In this document: positions 18,741-29,916 of the stretch, in pieces | Position numbering within the stretch: position 1 is the stretch's first letter | Layout: every line of letters begins with the position of its first letter | Notes under the pieces: model-generated | Told to the model about the DNA's origin: nothing | The model's database searches: none | Seen by the model: the letters and a program-made list of their open reading frames with translations, nothing else | Assembly: GCA_963838295.1 (NCBI GenBank) | Contig: CAWIQS010000002.1 | Location: forward strand, 19,156-83,155 | Origin: an uncultured Acidobacteriaceae bacterium | Lineage (GTDB): Bacteria > Acidobacteriota > Terriglobia > Terriglobales > Acidobacteriaceae | Direction: 5' to 3' | DNA length: 64,000 nucleotides | Made by a program: the position numbers and the translations under genes

Positions 18741-20567
18741 CTACGAGCTGAACTGCTCAGCCTTCTCCCAGCGCTTCGGCCGGCGATTCTGCTGCAGGAT
18801 TTTCTTGCGCAAGCGCAGCGACTTCGGCGTAATCTCCACCAATTCATCATCCGCGATGAACTCAATGGCCTGCTCCAGGTTCAGCGTCTTGTAGGGCACA
18901 AGGCGAATCGCGTCATCCGCACTCGATGCGCGCATGTTGGTCAGCTTCTTTTCGCGCACTACGTTGACATCGAGATCGTTGTCGCGCGAGTGCTCGCCCA
19001 CCACCATGCCTTCGTACACATCCACCCCCGCACCGACAAACAGAATGCCGCGCTCCTGCAATCCGTTCAGCGAATAGGTCGTTGTCAATCCCTGGCGGTC
19101 GGCTATCAGGGCGCCCGTGGGCCGCTGCGGAATCTCGCCCTGGTAAGGAATGTATCCATCGAAGAGCGAATTCATGACGATGGTGCCGCGCGTCTCCGTC
19201 AGCATTTCGCTGCGCAGGCCGATCAGCCCGCGACTGGGTACGCGGAAATCCATGCGCACGCGCCCCGAGCCGTGATTGTGCATCTTCGTCATCTCGCCTT
19301 TGCGAGGACCGAGCTTCTCGATTACTACGCCCGTGTGCTGCTCTGGAACGTCGATGGTGAGGTGCTCCACCGGCTCCATTCGTGTGCCTTCGACCACTTT
19401 CGTGACGATCTCCGGCCGACCGGCCAGCAGTTCGAATCCTTCACGGCGCATCATCTCGATCAGAATCGCAAGCTGAAGTTCGCCGCGGCCCAGCACCTTG
19501 AAAGTATCGGGCGAGCCCGTCTCTTCCACGCGGATCGACACGTTCGTCAGCAGCTCTTTTTCAAGCCGTTCGCGCAGGTTGCGGCTCGTCACATACGTGC
19601 CTTCTTTCCCCGCAAACGGTGAATTGTTCACGCTGAACGTGATTGCGATCGTAGGCTCGTCGATAATGATGAGCGGCAGCGGCGCAGGCGTTTCAAGCGA
19701 AGTGATGGTCTCGCCGATGGTGATGCCTTCCACACCGGCCACGGCAACAATGTCACCCATGGTCGTTTCGGTCGTCTCGGTACGCTTCAACCCGGAGAAC
19801 GTAAACAGCTTGGTGATGCGCGTCTTCATCAGCGATCCATCGCGCTTTGAGATATTCACGTCGTCACCCGCATGCAGCGTTCCCTGAAACACGCGGCAGA
19901 TGGCGATGCGTCCGAAGTAGTCAGAGTAGTCAAGATTGGTGACGAGAATCTGCAGCGGCGCGTCGACATCGCCAGTAGCCGCAGGAATCGTCGAAACAAT
20001 CGTCTCGAACAGCGGCTGCAGGTTCTCTCCCGGCTTGGCCAGGTCTAACGTGGCCGTCCCAGCCTTGGCCACCGCATAGAGCACCGGAAAATCCAGCTGC
20101 GACTCTTCCGCATCGAGATCGATGAAAAGATCGTAAATTTCGTTGAGCACTTCCTGCGGACGCGCATCGGGGCGGTCGATCTTGTTGATCACCACGATCG
20201 GCTTGAGTTTTGCTTCGAGTGCCTTGGCCAGCACGTAGCGCGTCTGCGGCAGCGGACCCTCAGCGGCATCGACCAGCAGCATCACGCCGTCCACCATCTT
20301 GAGCGCGCGCTCCACCTCGCCGCCGAAATCGGCGTGACCCGGCGTATCGACAATATTGATCTTGCCGCCTTCAAAATTGACGGCGGTGTTTTTGGCAAGG
20401 ATGGTGATGCCGCGCTCGCGCTCCAGGTCGTTCGAATCCATCACGCGCTCGGCAACTTGCTCGTTGGCGCGGAAGGTGCCGGACTGGCGAAGCATGGCGT
20501 CAACGAGGGTAGTCTTACCGTGGTCAACGTGGGCGATGATGGCGATATTGCGTATCGTCTGGCTCAC
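18741..20567 (-). CDS. typA: Translational GTPase TypA/BipA
   Basis: [59 protein letters not shown]. Confidence 0.98.
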   Translation of the reverse strand: MSQTIRNIAIIAHVDHGKTTLVDAMLRQSGTFRANEQVAERVMDSNDLERERGITILAKNTAVNFEGGKINIVDTPGHADFGGEVERALKMVDGVMLLVDAAEGPLPQTRYVLAKALEAKLKPIVVINKIDRPDARPQEVLNEIYDLFIDLDAEESQLDFPVLYAVAKAGTATLDLAKPGENLQPLFETIVSTIPAATGDVDAPLQILVTNLDYSDYFGRIAICRVFQGTLHAGDDVNISKRDGSLMKTRITKLFTFSGLKRTETTETTMGDIVAVAGVEGITIGETITSLETPAPLPLIIIDEPTIAITFSVNNSPFAGKEGTYVTSRNLRERLEKELLTNVSIRVEETGSPDTFKVLGRGELQLAILIEMMRREGFELLAGRPEIVTKVVEGTRMEPVEHLTIDVPEQHTGVVIEKLGPRKGEMTKMHNHGSGRVRMDFRVPSRGLIGLRSEMLTETRGTIVMNSLFDGYIPYQGEIPQRPTGALIADRQGLTTTYSLNGLQERGILFVGAGVDVYEGMVVGEHSRDNDLDVNVVREKKLTNMRASSADDAIRLVPYKTLNLEQAIEFIADDELVEITPKSLRLRKKILQQNRRPKRWEKAEQFSS

Positions 20568-20826
20568 AGGTGTAGTGTTCCTTCTCTTCTAGGGCAAATC
20601 TGGATTTGCGCTCAGGTATGGCCTCAGGCGGCCATCAGGTTGGGAATGAATACAAGATGAATGGCCACACAATGCGGCACAATCTATTTTACCAGCATCG
20701 GAAATCGAGCAGAATCTGCGACCTGCGAGCTCCTCTAGATTCGCCAATTCTCTTCCCGGCCAGCGGACGGAAACCTGCCTTCACGAGTTCCACGGTGTCC
20801 GCCCCAGCGTTTACACTCATCGGCAA

Positions 20827-21909
20827 ATGAAACGCACCGTTTCTCCCCGACTCTACCGCCCATCGTTTCTTCACGCCGCGACCCTTGCCATCGCCTTCGC
20901 GCTCGTTAGTAGCGTCCTGCCGCAATCGGCTGCCGCCCAGGCCACGCACTCAGGCAACACCGACCTCACCATCTACGCCATCGATGTGGAGGGCGGCCAG
21001 GCCACGCTGATTGTTTCGCCGTCCGGCGGATCGATGCTGGTCGATTCCGGCTGGCCTGGCAACAACGGCCGCGACGCCGAGCGCATTCAGGCGGCGATGA
21101 AAGATGCAGGCATCACGAAGATCGACAAGGTGCTCATCACCCACTTCCATACCGACCACGTGGGAGGTGTGCCGAATCTCGTCGAGCGCGTCAAGGTCGG
21201 CGAATTTCTCGATCACGGTGTGAACCGCGAGGACTCCGACATCACTCGTCACGACTTCGCAGCTTACGTCAAGGCCATCGGCAACACCCCGCGCCGCACT
21301 CTGCATCCTGGAGATCACATCGACATCCCCGGACTCAATACCACCGTGATCACCGCGGACGGCGAACACATCAACTCGGTGGCAGGCATCAAGCCAGCGC
21401 CCAATCCCGATTGTGCCAATGAGCCGAAGTGGGAGCTCGACACGACCGAAAATCCGCGCTCCACCGGCGTCCTCATTCGCTTCGGTCAATTTAGTTTTCT
21501 CGATCTCGGCGACCTTACCAAGGCGAAGGAGATTCCGCTTGTCTGCCCTGTCAATCTGATCGGGCACATCGACCTTTATCTGGTGAATCATCACGGATTC
21601 AACCTTTCCAACTCGAAGGCCTTTGTCGACGCGCTCCACCCGCGCGTGGCGATCATGGACAACGGCGCGCACAAAGCGGGCAGTCCCGAAGCGTGGCAGA
21701 CCGTGCATGAAAGTCCTGGATTGCTCGACCTGTGGATGCTCCACACCGCCGAAGATTCCGACCCCGCGCACAACAGCGCCGAACCGCTCATTGCAAATCT
21801 CAAAGGCGGCAGCGATGGTGCGTATTTCAAGGTCATTGCACACCAGGACGGCAGCTTCAGCGTCACCAATTCGCGCACCGGCCAGACGAAAACATATCCG
21901 CGCGAATAA
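20827..21909 (+). CDS. Secreted MBL-fold metallohydrolase (ComEC/Rec2-like)
   Basis: Signal peptide, IDVEGGQATL, THFHTDHVGG (HxHxDH), HHG. Confidence 0.85.
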   Translation: MKRTVSPRLYRPSFLHAATLAIAFALVSSVLPQSAAAQATHSGNTDLTIYAIDVEGGQATLIVSPSGGSMLVDSGWPGNNGRDAERIQAAMKDAGITKIDKVLITHFHTDHVGGVPNLVERVKVGEFLDHGVNREDSDITRHDFAAYVKAIGNTPRRTLHPGDHIDIPGLNTTVITADGEHINSVAGIKPAPNPDCANEPKWELDTTENPRSTGVLIRFGQFSFLDLGDLTKAKEIPLVCPVNLIGHIDLYLVNHHGFNLSNSKAFVDALHPRVAIMDNGAHKAGSPEAWQTVHESPGLLDLWMLHTAEDSDPAHNSAEPLIANLKGGSDGAYFKVIAHQDGSFSVTNSRTGQTKTYPRE

Positions 21910-21958
21910 ACGCACAACGTCACGTACAAACGTTCCGTCTCAAATACGAGGAGCACTC

Positions 21959-22918
21959 ATGACCATCTCGCGCCGCAAATTCATCGCCGGAGCAAGTGCG
22001 GCAGCGTCGTTCACAGCCTTCACCCGCGCGGCCCGTGCCACCTGCCCCTTCCGCGTGGCCGTCATCAACGACGAAATCTCGCAGGACTTCGATCATGTCT
22101 GCTCCGTCGTCGCCCACGACTTCGGCCTTCAATGGATCGAACTGCGCAGCATGTGGGGCAAGAACGTCACCGACATGCCCGACGCCGACATCGAGCGCGC
22201 GAAAACCATCCTCGCCAAATACAATCTGCGCGTCACCGATATCGCCAGCCCGCTCTTCAAGACCGACTGGCCCGGCGCGCCGCTCTCAAAACTGAGCGAG
22301 CACCGCGATCAGTTCAAGGCCGACTTCACCTTCAAACAGCAGGAAGACCTGCTCGAACGTTGTATCACGATCGCCAAAGCATTTGGCACCGATCGCATCC
22401 GTTGCTTCGATTTCTGGCGTCTCGAAAACGTCGCTCCCTACCGCGCTGCCATTAATGAAAAACTGCGCGATGCGGCGCGCCGCTGCGCGCGTCACAACCT
22501 CGTCCTGCTGCTTGAAAATGAAATGTCGTGCAACACGGCCACAGGCGAAGAAGCTGCGGCCGCTCTGCGCGCAGTGCCCGAGCACAACTTCATGCTCAAC
22601 TGGGATCCGGGCAATGCGGCCACCTTCCCCAACAGCGAGCCGTTCCCCAAAGGCTATGCCCTGTTGCCTAAGAAACGCATCGGCCACTGCCACGCCAAGA
22701 ACGTTGTCCGCAAGCCCGACGACAAGTGGGAGTGGGCGCCGGTAGGGACGGGCGTTGTGGACTGGGCCGGACAACTGGCAGCATTGCAACGCGATGGCTT
22801 CCGTTATGCCGTGAGCCTGGAGACGCACTGGCGCGGTGCCGGCACGCCCGAAGCCTCGACCCGCGAAAGTATGAAGGGCCTCAAAGATGCGCTCGCAAAG
22901 GCCGGAACGGGCTGCTGA
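21959..22918 (+). CDS. Sugar phosphate isomerase/epimerase (TIM barrel) with Tat-like signal
   Basis: SRRKF Tat motif, LLENE, WDPGN, HCHAKN, SLETH. Confidence 0.85.
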   Translation: MTISRRKFIAGASAAASFTAFTRAARATCPFRVAVINDEISQDFDHVCSVVAHDFGLQWIELRSMWGKNVTDMPDADIERAKTILAKYNLRVTDIASPLFKTDWPGAPLSKLSEHRDQFKADFTFKQQEDLLERCITIAKAFGTDRIRCFDFWRLENVAPYRAAINEKLRDAARRCARHNLVLLLENEMSCNTATGEEAAAALRAVPEHNFMLNWDPGNAATFPNSEPFPKGYALLPKKRIGHCHAKNVVRKPDDKWEWAPVGTGVVDWAGQLAALQRDGFRYAVSLETHWRGAGTPEASTRESMKGLKDALAKAGTGC

Positions 22919-22959
22919 AAGTCTGAACCACCGCTGCGACTGAAAGTGAAGAAGGTGGC

Positions 22960-23283
22960 TTGATGTCTTTTGTGAAGGTCGATAAGCTTCCGGCGACGGA
23001 GCGTTTGCCCGGCTGGCATGGGCGCCACTTTCATCCAGACACCATGACCTTCGCGCACTACGAATTCACTGGCGGCGCGACGATACACGAGCATTTTCAT
23101 CCGCAGGAAGAGATCTACGAGGTCATCGAAGGCAAGCTCGAACTGACGATTGACGGCGAGACACAGATCGTCTGTGCCGGGGTCGTGGCGATCGTGCCTC
23201 CCAATACGCGCCACTCCGTCAAGGCACTCAGCGATGGCCGCGCTATCATCGTCGATTCACCTCGGCGGCCCGAGTTTGAATGA
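22960..23283 (+). CDS. Cupin domain protein
   Basis: HEHFHPQEEIYEVIEG ... VPPNTRH cupin motifs. Confidence 0.85.
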   Translation: MMSFVKVDKLPATERLPGWHGRHFHPDTMTFAHYEFTGGATIHEHFHPQEEIYEVIEGKLELTIDGETQIVCAGVVAIVPPNTRHSVKALSDGRAIIVDSPRRPEFE

Positions 23284-23314
23284 ATTGCACCTGACCATCG
23301 CTGCGAGCTCGCCG

Positions 23315-23986
23315 TTACTGGTTGCTCGACATCTCCTTCGAGCCTTCCACCGCGACGTTATGGGTCTTGGCGATCTGCTCGATCAGTTGAAGATGTTGCG
23401 AAATGATGTTTGAACCCTGTTCGGCAACCTGCTTCAAACTTGGATCCTGGGCAACCTGCGCTTCATCCTTGAAATCCTTCAGATCCTGCTGATGGTCCTT
23501 CACCATCATCGTGATGTATTCGCGGTCGAAGTCCTCACCCGACATTCCCTGTAATTTGGCGATTTCTTTCTTGTCCTTTTTTGAAGGGCCCTTCGGTTCG
23601 GAAACACCAAGCTGCTGCGCAACCGGCTTGAACCATTTGTCGGCCATCTGGGTGTGATCCGAAACCATCTTCTGCGCAAATTGCTTCACATCATTGCTCT
23701 GGGATTTCTGTTGTGCCAACTGCCCTAGCTGCACTTCAGCATCCCCGCCTTCGAGAGCCTTGGTCACAAAGGCCTTCTCGGCGTAGTCCTGTCCGGTCGG
23801 CGCGGTCCCGGGATAGGCACCGGGTCCAGCACCAGGATTTCCTGGAGCCGTGGGTGACGTCGGTTGCTGGCTTGGCATGGTTGGTTGCTGCGGACTGCCG
23901 GGGGCCTGTGCGAGCGCAACAAACCCACTGAGCAAGACCGTCCCAGCGCTGAGGCGCAGCGTGTAAGTTATTCGTTTTAATTGCAT
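23315..23986 (-). CDS. DUF4142 domain exported protein
   Basis: Signal peptide, EVQLGQLAQQK, VKQFAQKMVSDH, FDREYITMMVKDH; RBS GGAGG. Confidence 0.85.
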   Translation of the reverse strand: MQLKRITYTLRLSAGTVLLSGFVALAQAPGSPQQPTMPSQQPTSPTAPGNPGAGPGAYPGTAPTGQDYAEKAFVTKALEGGDAEVQLGQLAQQKSQSNDVKQFAQKMVSDHTQMADKWFKPVAQQLGVSEPKGPSKKDKKEIAKLQGMSGEDFDREYITMMVKDHQQDLKDFKDEAQVAQDPSLKQVAEQGSNIISQHLQLIEQIAKTHNVAVEGSKEMSSNQ

Positions 23987-24246
23987 AATTACCCTCCAAT
24001 TGCTGCGGGCCAAATCTCGACACAGAGATGCCGCGACCGCACGCATGCAATCATGTGCGATGCGCTTCGTTTGAAGAGCGGTTGCTCTGCCCACGCAGCA
24101 CGCCCGCGCTCTAAATCAAGGCATTCGAGAGGTTTTCGATCAGGCAAACAACGGTTCCGAGAAAAAGGGATTTTTATTCCGATCCCGAGCGATGTCATCG
24201 GGTCGAGGGACGATGGCATTCAGCTGACGACGCGCGGCAAGGGTCC

Positions 24247-25530
24247 CTATGAAGAGCGACTACTTGCATAGAGCGCTTCCAGCGCGTCGCACGCCGTCTT
24301 CACGCCGTCTTCGCCACGCAGTTGTTCAGCCACCGCGCGCGCCTTTTGCGCGAACTCCGGTTCGTCCAGCAGCTTGCGCAGCTTCCGCGTCACCTTATCC
24401 GGCGTGTAGTCCGCCTTCTCGATCACCTCGGCCACGCCAAGTCGCTTCATGCGCCGCGCATTGTCAGGTTGGTCGTGCGAATAGGGCATGATCAGCATCG
24501 GCTTGCCCGCGCGCAGACATTGACCCACCGTTCCCACGCCGCCCTGGTGCACCACCAGCGAAGCACGCGAAAACAGCGCGGAGTACGGTGCATACTGGGC
24601 CACGCAAATTGAGGCGGGCAGTTTCTCCTTGAGTTCGTTGCGCGGATCAGCACCAATCAACAGCACCGCCCGTTTCCCCAGTTCGATCGCGGCCTTCGCC
24701 GATACCTGGTAGAAATCTCCGGCAGCCAGCACCGCCGCCGACCCCAGCGTAAACACGATGGGCGGCTCGCCGCTGGCCACAAATTCTTCAAGGTTTGGCG
24801 GCAACTTCGCATTACCAGCGTCCGCATCGTAGTAGGCGAAGCCGGTGATGAGAGTGTGCGGCGGCCAGTCCTTTTGCTCCTCGCCCAGTACGCGCGAAAA
24901 CAGCGCCAGCACCAGGTTGGGCGAATGCTTGGCATCGAATAGCGGATTCTCGCCGCGCGGTAATCCCAGTTCCTGCCGCAGCGCATAAATCGGCTCGGGC
25001 CATTTGCGGCTCGCAAACCGCGCCACGCGTTTGATCACGCGCCCGAATCCCGGCACCTTCTTGTCGGCCTTCGCCAGTTTGGGATACGGCGGCAATACCG
25101 GTGGATCGAATGCGGAAAAGAACGATAGCGGCGCCAGCAGGTAGCTCGCCCACGGAATCCCTGTAATCTCCGCCACAATCGGACCCGCATAATTCAACTC
25201 GCCCAGCAGCAGGAGATCGGCGCGCACCGGTTTGGTCGCGGCATCCAGAAAGTCTTCATACGTCTGTCGCAGCGAAGGAAACAGAAAATCGCGCAGCCCG
25301 TGCTCGGTTCCGTGCTTGATGTCGTACACCATCTCCACGAGCGCGTTATTCGTCGGATCGATGTTCGGCCGAATGGCGCGAAACTCCAGGCCCAGCGGCG
25401 CAATCTTGTTTCGGTAGATTTCCGGCACCGCCATCACCGGCGTATGTCCGCGCCGCTTCAGTTCCAGCGCCAGCGCAATCAGCGGATTGGTATCGCCCAG
25501 CGTGCCGATGTTCGAGAGAACGATGCGCAA
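24247..25530 (-). CDS. Family 1 (UDP-dependent) glycosyltransferase
   Basis: GTLGDTNPLIALALEL, VVHQGGVGT, PYSHDQPDNA; TTG start inferred. Confidence 0.9.
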   Translation of the reverse strand: MRIVLSNIGTLGDTNPLIALALELKRRGHTPVMAVPEIYRNKIAPLGLEFRAIRPNIDPTNNALVEMVYDIKHGTEHGLRDFLFPSLRQTYEDFLDAATKPVRADLLLLGELNYAGPIVAEITGIPWASYLLAPLSFFSAFDPPVLPPYPKLAKADKKVPGFGRVIKRVARFASRKWPEPIYALRQELGLPRGENPLFDAKHSPNLVLALFSRVLGEEQKDWPPHTLITGFAYYDADAGNAKLPPNLEEFVASGEPPIVFTLGSAAVLAAGDFYQVSAKAAIELGKRAVLLIGADPRNELKEKLPASICVAQYAPYSALFSRASLVVHQGGVGTVGQCLRAGKPMLIMPYSHDQPDNARRMKRLGVAEVIEKADYTPDKVTRKLRKLLDEPEFAQKARAVAEQLRGEDGVKTACDALEALYASSRSS

Positions 25531-25663
25531 GGTCAGGTCCGTGGAAGGGAATGGAGACGCACCGATAAGAGTAATGCATCGGAGCAACTTCTCGTGCGGT
25601 CGGAATACAATGGAGCCGCCATACCATTTGTTAACCGAATAGACGTGTCAGGGAGAAAGTCAA

Positions 25664-26719
25664 TTGGCAACAAATGCTCCGCCTTCTTCATTCGGTGCGC
25701 AGACCGCCTCGGGAACATTCCTTCCTATTCGCGCAATCGGTCCTCTTTGGCGCCGATTCCCTGCATATCTCGTGGACAGCTTGATCCTCTACCTCGCCGG
25801 ACGTGGAATTGGAGCGGCATTCTTCAACTCTCTCTCGCAACTGGGCTCATGGGGACGCTTAATAGGTTTCTGCATTGCTCTTTGCTATTTTGCAAGCCTT
25901 GATAGCGGTGTCGGAAATGGGCAGACTATTGGGAAACGATTGTTGCGAATCACGGTTGTTGGTGGACAGGGAAACACAATTTCGCTTGCAAGAGCCGCAC
26001 TTCGCTTCACGGTGTTCGCAATTCCCAGCTATCTATACGGACTTCAATTGCCGCGTGCCATTGATCCGCTCATTGGCTCAATTGTGCTTGGTGTGATTGT
26101 CTTTGGAGTCGGCGGCTCAACCCTCTACCTCATAATCTTCAATCGAAACACTCGACAAGGACTTCACGACCTTCTGGTTGGAAGCTACGTGGTCAATTCC
26201 GAACCAACAGGGCCCTTAAGAACCGAGCCGATCTGGGACACACATTGGCGGATTCTGCGCTGGTGTCTGACGCTTCTCATCTTATTTTCGTATTCCATTT
26301 GGACGTTGGATAAGAAGGTGGAGAAGTCGTCGTCAGTCATTCAATGGCACGAGGATATCCGCCTGATTAATCAACTTGACCGGGTACAGGCGGCGAGCGA
26401 GAAAATTCTCAGGCCTGTCAAATGGAATGGCTTTATGAAGGACAACCCTCTCGTGAGCAAGAAGACCTTAGTAATCACTGTCTGGTGGACGGGCGAGCCA
26501 AAGGACCGGGAGATCTTTGCCGACAGAGTCGCAAAGGTTGTTCTTTTGAACGATGCAAGGGCGCGTGAACAGGATTTGCTTTGGATTGTAGTTGTGCGAA
26601 GCTACGACATCGGCATTGCCTCAGGCGGGAAATCCCAGACATTTACTCACACGCCTGCCGAATGGAGCCAGCGCGTGCTCGGGAATCCGCTAGCGAAGAC
26701 TTCAGCACCGCCCCATTAG
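25664..26719 (+). CDS. RDD family membrane protein
   Basis: WRRFPAYLVDSL, GQTIGKRLLRITV, QGLHDLLVGSYVV. Confidence 0.85.
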   Translation: MATNAPPSSFGAQTASGTFLPIRAIGPLWRRFPAYLVDSLILYLAGRGIGAAFFNSLSQLGSWGRLIGFCIALCYFASLDSGVGNGQTIGKRLLRITVVGGQGNTISLARAALRFTVFAIPSYLYGLQLPRAIDPLIGSIVLGVIVFGVGGSTLYLIIFNRNTRQGLHDLLVGSYVVNSEPTGPLRTEPIWDTHWRILRWCLTLLILFSYSIWTLDKKVEKSSSVIQWHEDIRLINQLDRVQAASEKILRPVKWNGFMKDNPLVSKKTLVITVWWTGEPKDREIFADRVAKVVLLNDARAREQDLLWIVVVRSYDIGIASGGKSQTFTHTPAEWSQRVLGNPLAKTSAPPH

Positions 26720-26812
26720 CGGTTGAATGGAGTTCAGCCATAGCTGAAACTAACCGCCGCCCCGCTTCAGCCTCATTTAATCTTGCAGCAACATAATTAC
26801 GAAGGAGACCCC

Positions 26813-27502
26813 ATGCGCGTCCTGCTCGTCGAAGATGAAGTCCGGCTGGCCGACAATCTTTCTGCGGCACTGCGCGACGGCCCCGGCTTCGCGGTGGACT
26901 GGGCCGCTGACGGCGAGGCCGGCGACGATGCTGCGCGCAATCTCTGCTACGATCTCGTGATCCTCGACCTGATGCTGCCTAAGCTCGACGGCTTTGGTGT
27001 TCTGCGCCGCATGCGCGGCCGCAAAGATGCAACCCCCGTCCTCATCCTCACCGCCAAGGAGGGAAAGGAAGCCATCGTCCAGTTGTTGAACGCCGGCGCC
27101 GATGACTACCTGGCCAAGCCGTTCGACCTGGGCGAACTCCTCGCCCGGGCAAAAGCCCTGATCCGCCGCGGCAAGGGCGCAGCCCACCCTACGCTCAACG
27201 CGCTCGGCGTCACATTGAATTCTCTTGAGCAGACCGTTCACCGCAACGGCACGCTCGTCGATCTGTCGCCCACTGAGTACCACATTCTCGAATACTTGCT
27301 GCACCATCCCCGCAAGGTCGTCAGCAAGCAGGAACTTCTCGAGCACCTCTACGACTACAACTGGGAACACCACTCCAACGTGATCGAAGCGCACGTCTCC
27401 AACCTCCGCAAGAAGCTCGACAGCGCTGTGCCCGATGCCGATCCCGTGATCGAGACGCTACGCGGGCGCGGCTATCGTCTCTCGCCCGAGCCCTCGTCAT
27501 GA
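26813..27502 (+). CDS. OmpR-family response regulator
   Basis: VLLVEDE, DLMLP, GADDYLAKPF, IETLRGRGYRL. Confidence 0.95.
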   Translation: MRVLLVEDEVRLADNLSAALRDGPGFAVDWAADGEAGDDAARNLCYDLVILDLMLPKLDGFGVLRRMRGRKDATPVLILTAKEGKEAIVQLLNAGADDYLAKPFDLGELLARAKALIRRGKGAAHPTLNALGVTLNSLEQTVHRNGTLVDLSPTEYHILEYLLHHPRKVVSKQELLEHLYDYNWEHHSNVIEAHVSNLRKKLDSAVPDADPVIETLRGRGYRLSPEPSS

Positions 27503-28926
27503 CGCGCCGTTCCGCATTTGCAAAAACCAGCATCGCCTTCCGTCTCATTGCTGCCGTGATGCTGGTTGAGCTGGTCTCCGCGGCGCTGGTCATCGCGGTG
27601 GCATGGGGCTACGAGCGCCACAACCACTTCCGCTCTTTTGAAATCATGCTGCGCGGCCGCGCCGACTCCGTCCTGGGCGCTGTGCAGGACGCCGAAGATG
27701 TGGGCGATAACGTGATGCTCGACCTCGCCGACCTGCACGTCCCGTCAGAAGATGTCTACGAGGTGTGGGACGGGCGCGGCCATCTGCTCGGCCGATCGCC
27801 AAACTGGCAGGGCAGTTCCGGCATGCGCGCGCCCGATCATAACGGCTTCTTCCGCACCAGGCTTCGCGATCACGACTACCGCCTGCTCTACATGCGCGGC
27901 ACCCGCATCGTCGATCCGGGCGAGTCCGGCGGCGGCAAGCTGCGTTTTGTCACCATCCTTTATGGCGCGCCCACAGAGCGCGTGTGGAACGCAATCTACG
28001 GTGCCGTCGAATTCTATGCAGCCGGCATGCTGCTGCTGGTGTTGATTACCGGCCCGCTGATTGCCTGGGTATTGCATCGCGGACTCGAGCCGCTTCGCCA
28101 GCTTGCGTCGATGGCGGGGCGCGTCTCAGCCGATTCGTGGGAGTTCTCGCCGCCCGATTCTGCGCGCGAAACCGCCGAGCTTGCTCCTCTCACCGCGGCA
28201 CTTGAAAACGCGCTGCAGCGTCTTGAGCGATCCTTCAATCAACAGCGGGCATTCGTCTCCGACGCAGCACACGAACTCAAGACCGCAGTCGCCGTCGTCA
28301 AGTCGTCGCTGCAGCTGGTGGGCATGCGCCCGCGTACGCCAGAGGAGTACCAGGCCGGCAATGAGCGCGCGTTGGCCGACACCGAACGCATCGAAGACCT
28401 CGTCGCGAAGATGCTTGCCCTAGCCCGTGTGGAAAGTGGAGCAGCTACTGCCGGGTCGACAGCCACATGCGACCTCAATCACTGTGTCTGTACTACCGTC
28501 AGCCAGCTGGAAACTTTTGCAACCGTGCGCCAGGTGGCGATCGCGGTTCGCGACCTTCCCGCCACCGAGTGCGTGGTTTCTCTCAGCCCCGACGACTGCG
28601 CACTCATCGTCTCCAACCTGCTGATGAACGCGATCCAGCACAGCCCACCACATACGCAGATTGACGTGCGCCTGGAGGTGTCTGAAGGCTCTGCTGAATT
28701 CATTGTCGAGGATCATGGCGAAGGCATCGGTCCCGCTGCCCTGCCCCATGTCTTCGAACGCTTCTATCGCGGCGATCCTTCGCGAGCCCGCGCCACCGGC
28801 GGCGCCGGCCTCGGCCTCGCCATCTGCAAAGCCGTGGTTGAAAAAGCCGGAGGCACCATCACGCTGGCCAGCGAACCGGGTCGCGGTACAACCGCAACCG
28901 TGCGGTTGCCTGTCAACACGCGCTAG
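27499..28926 (+). CDS. HAMP-domain sensor histidine kinase
   Basis: Two TM helices, DAAHELKT H-box, NLLMNAIQHS, DHGEGI, GAGLGLAI. Confidence 0.95.
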   Translation: MTRRSAFAKTSIAFRLIAAVMLVELVSAALVIAVAWGYERHNHFRSFEIMLRGRADSVLGAVQDAEDVGDNVMLDLADLHVPSEDVYEVWDGRGHLLGRSPNWQGSSGMRAPDHNGFFRTRLRDHDYRLLYMRGTRIVDPGESGGGKLRFVTILYGAPTERVWNAIYGAVEFYAAGMLLLVLITGPLIAWVLHRGLEPLRQLASMAGRVSADSWEFSPPDSARETAELAPLTAALENALQRLERSFNQQRAFVSDAAHELKTAVAVVKSSLQLVGMRPRTPEEYQAGNERALADTERIEDLVAKMLALARVESGAATAGSTATCDLNHCVCTTVSQLETFATVRQVAIAVRDLPATECVVSLSPDDCALIVSNLLMNAIQHSPPHTQIDVRLEVSEGSAEFIVEDHGEGIGPAALPHVFERFYRGDPSRARATGGAGLGLAICKAVVEKAGGTITLASEPGRGTTATVRLPVNTR

Positions 28927-29211
28927 TGTTATGTCATGGTCAAAATGAGCGAGCGTACAAGAAGCGCCTCCGGCAACAATTTGCCACCTGGATCGAAGTG
29001 GTCCCGATTATTGCCGAGGAGCCAAAGGCGACCGTTCCAAACCGCTGTCGCAGGAAGAAGCCGTCGTACCCGGCCTTTCTTGATACACCGCCGAAATCCG
29101 CAGGCTTCAGAACTGCATCCAACTGATCTGGACGCGCTCCCGATCCTCAGACGATACTGACGCAAGCATCTGAAAGGCGCCCGGAGTCAACTCCGCTGGA
29201 AGGAATCTGCA

Positions 29212-29889
29212 TTGAGCCCCTTCGGAAATACTTCAAATCCGCACCCCGGCCTCTCGCCACGCCCAAGGCATCTGACGCCCAGGGCGATGTTTTTCCTCAT
29301 CGCAATCCCAATTACAGTCCTCATCATCTGGCTTGCGACGCGCACTGACACCATGAAAAGGGCCGCCAGCCTCGGGCAGTCGGTCAGTCACTCTTCCCCA
29401 TTCAGTTCGCCCGAAAAAAAGCCTAAGCCACCCGCCGGAAAGTACGAGCAGCAAACCACCGCGCCTGCTCGCCAGGCACCCTTGTCAGGTTCGTCGAAAC
29501 CGCAGACGCCGAACGCTGCTCCTTCGTCTGCGCAAATTGCGCCGAGTCCCGCCACAACCCCAGTCGTCCCAGCTCCGATCCCCGCAGGCGCGCCCCCTGC
29601 CCCTGTCTCTGCGGCCCGTCCGGCCTACGCGCCGCTGTCCTACAACGCCCGCCACGACAAGGCCTTCGGCGGCTGTTCTGGCCAGCTCATCCTCAGCGGT
29701 GCCGGCCTCCAGTTCACTTGCCCTGGCAACTCCCAGGACAGCATGCAGATCGCTGTCTCTGAGATCAGCGGGATCGATGAAAATGGCGTTCGCCTGGCCT
29801 CCGGAAAGAAACTGCATTTCTCCATCACCGGCATGACCAAGCCTAATGAACAAGCGCTCTTCACCGACTGGTTCAACCGCCTCCATTAA
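29212..29889 (+). CDS. Hypothetical membrane-anchored Pro-rich protein
   Basis: One TM helix, Pro/Ala linker, compact C-terminal domain; start uncertain. Confidence 0.6.
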   Translation: MSPFGNTSNPHPGLSPRPRHLTPRAMFFLIAIPITVLIIWLATRTDTMKRAASLGQSVSHSSPFSSPEKKPKPPAGKYEQQTTAPARQAPLSGSSKPQTPNAAPSSAQIAPSPATTPVVPAPIPAGAPPAPVSAARPAYAPLSYNARHDKAFGGCSGQLILSGAGLQFTCPGNSQDSMQIAVSEISGIDENGVRLASGKKLHFSITGMTKPNEQALFTDWFNRLH

Positions 29890-29916
29890 CGAACGACAGC
29901 AGTAACTCTCCAAATC

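Noticed and set aside
18735-19622. Long antisense ORFs (also 4356-5399, 20950-21915, 36038-36940, 39454-40281, 42968-44032, 52675-53724, 55108-55989, 57744-58571)
   Set aside because: Shadows of well-supported genes on the opposite strand, common in high-GC DNA; no motifs.
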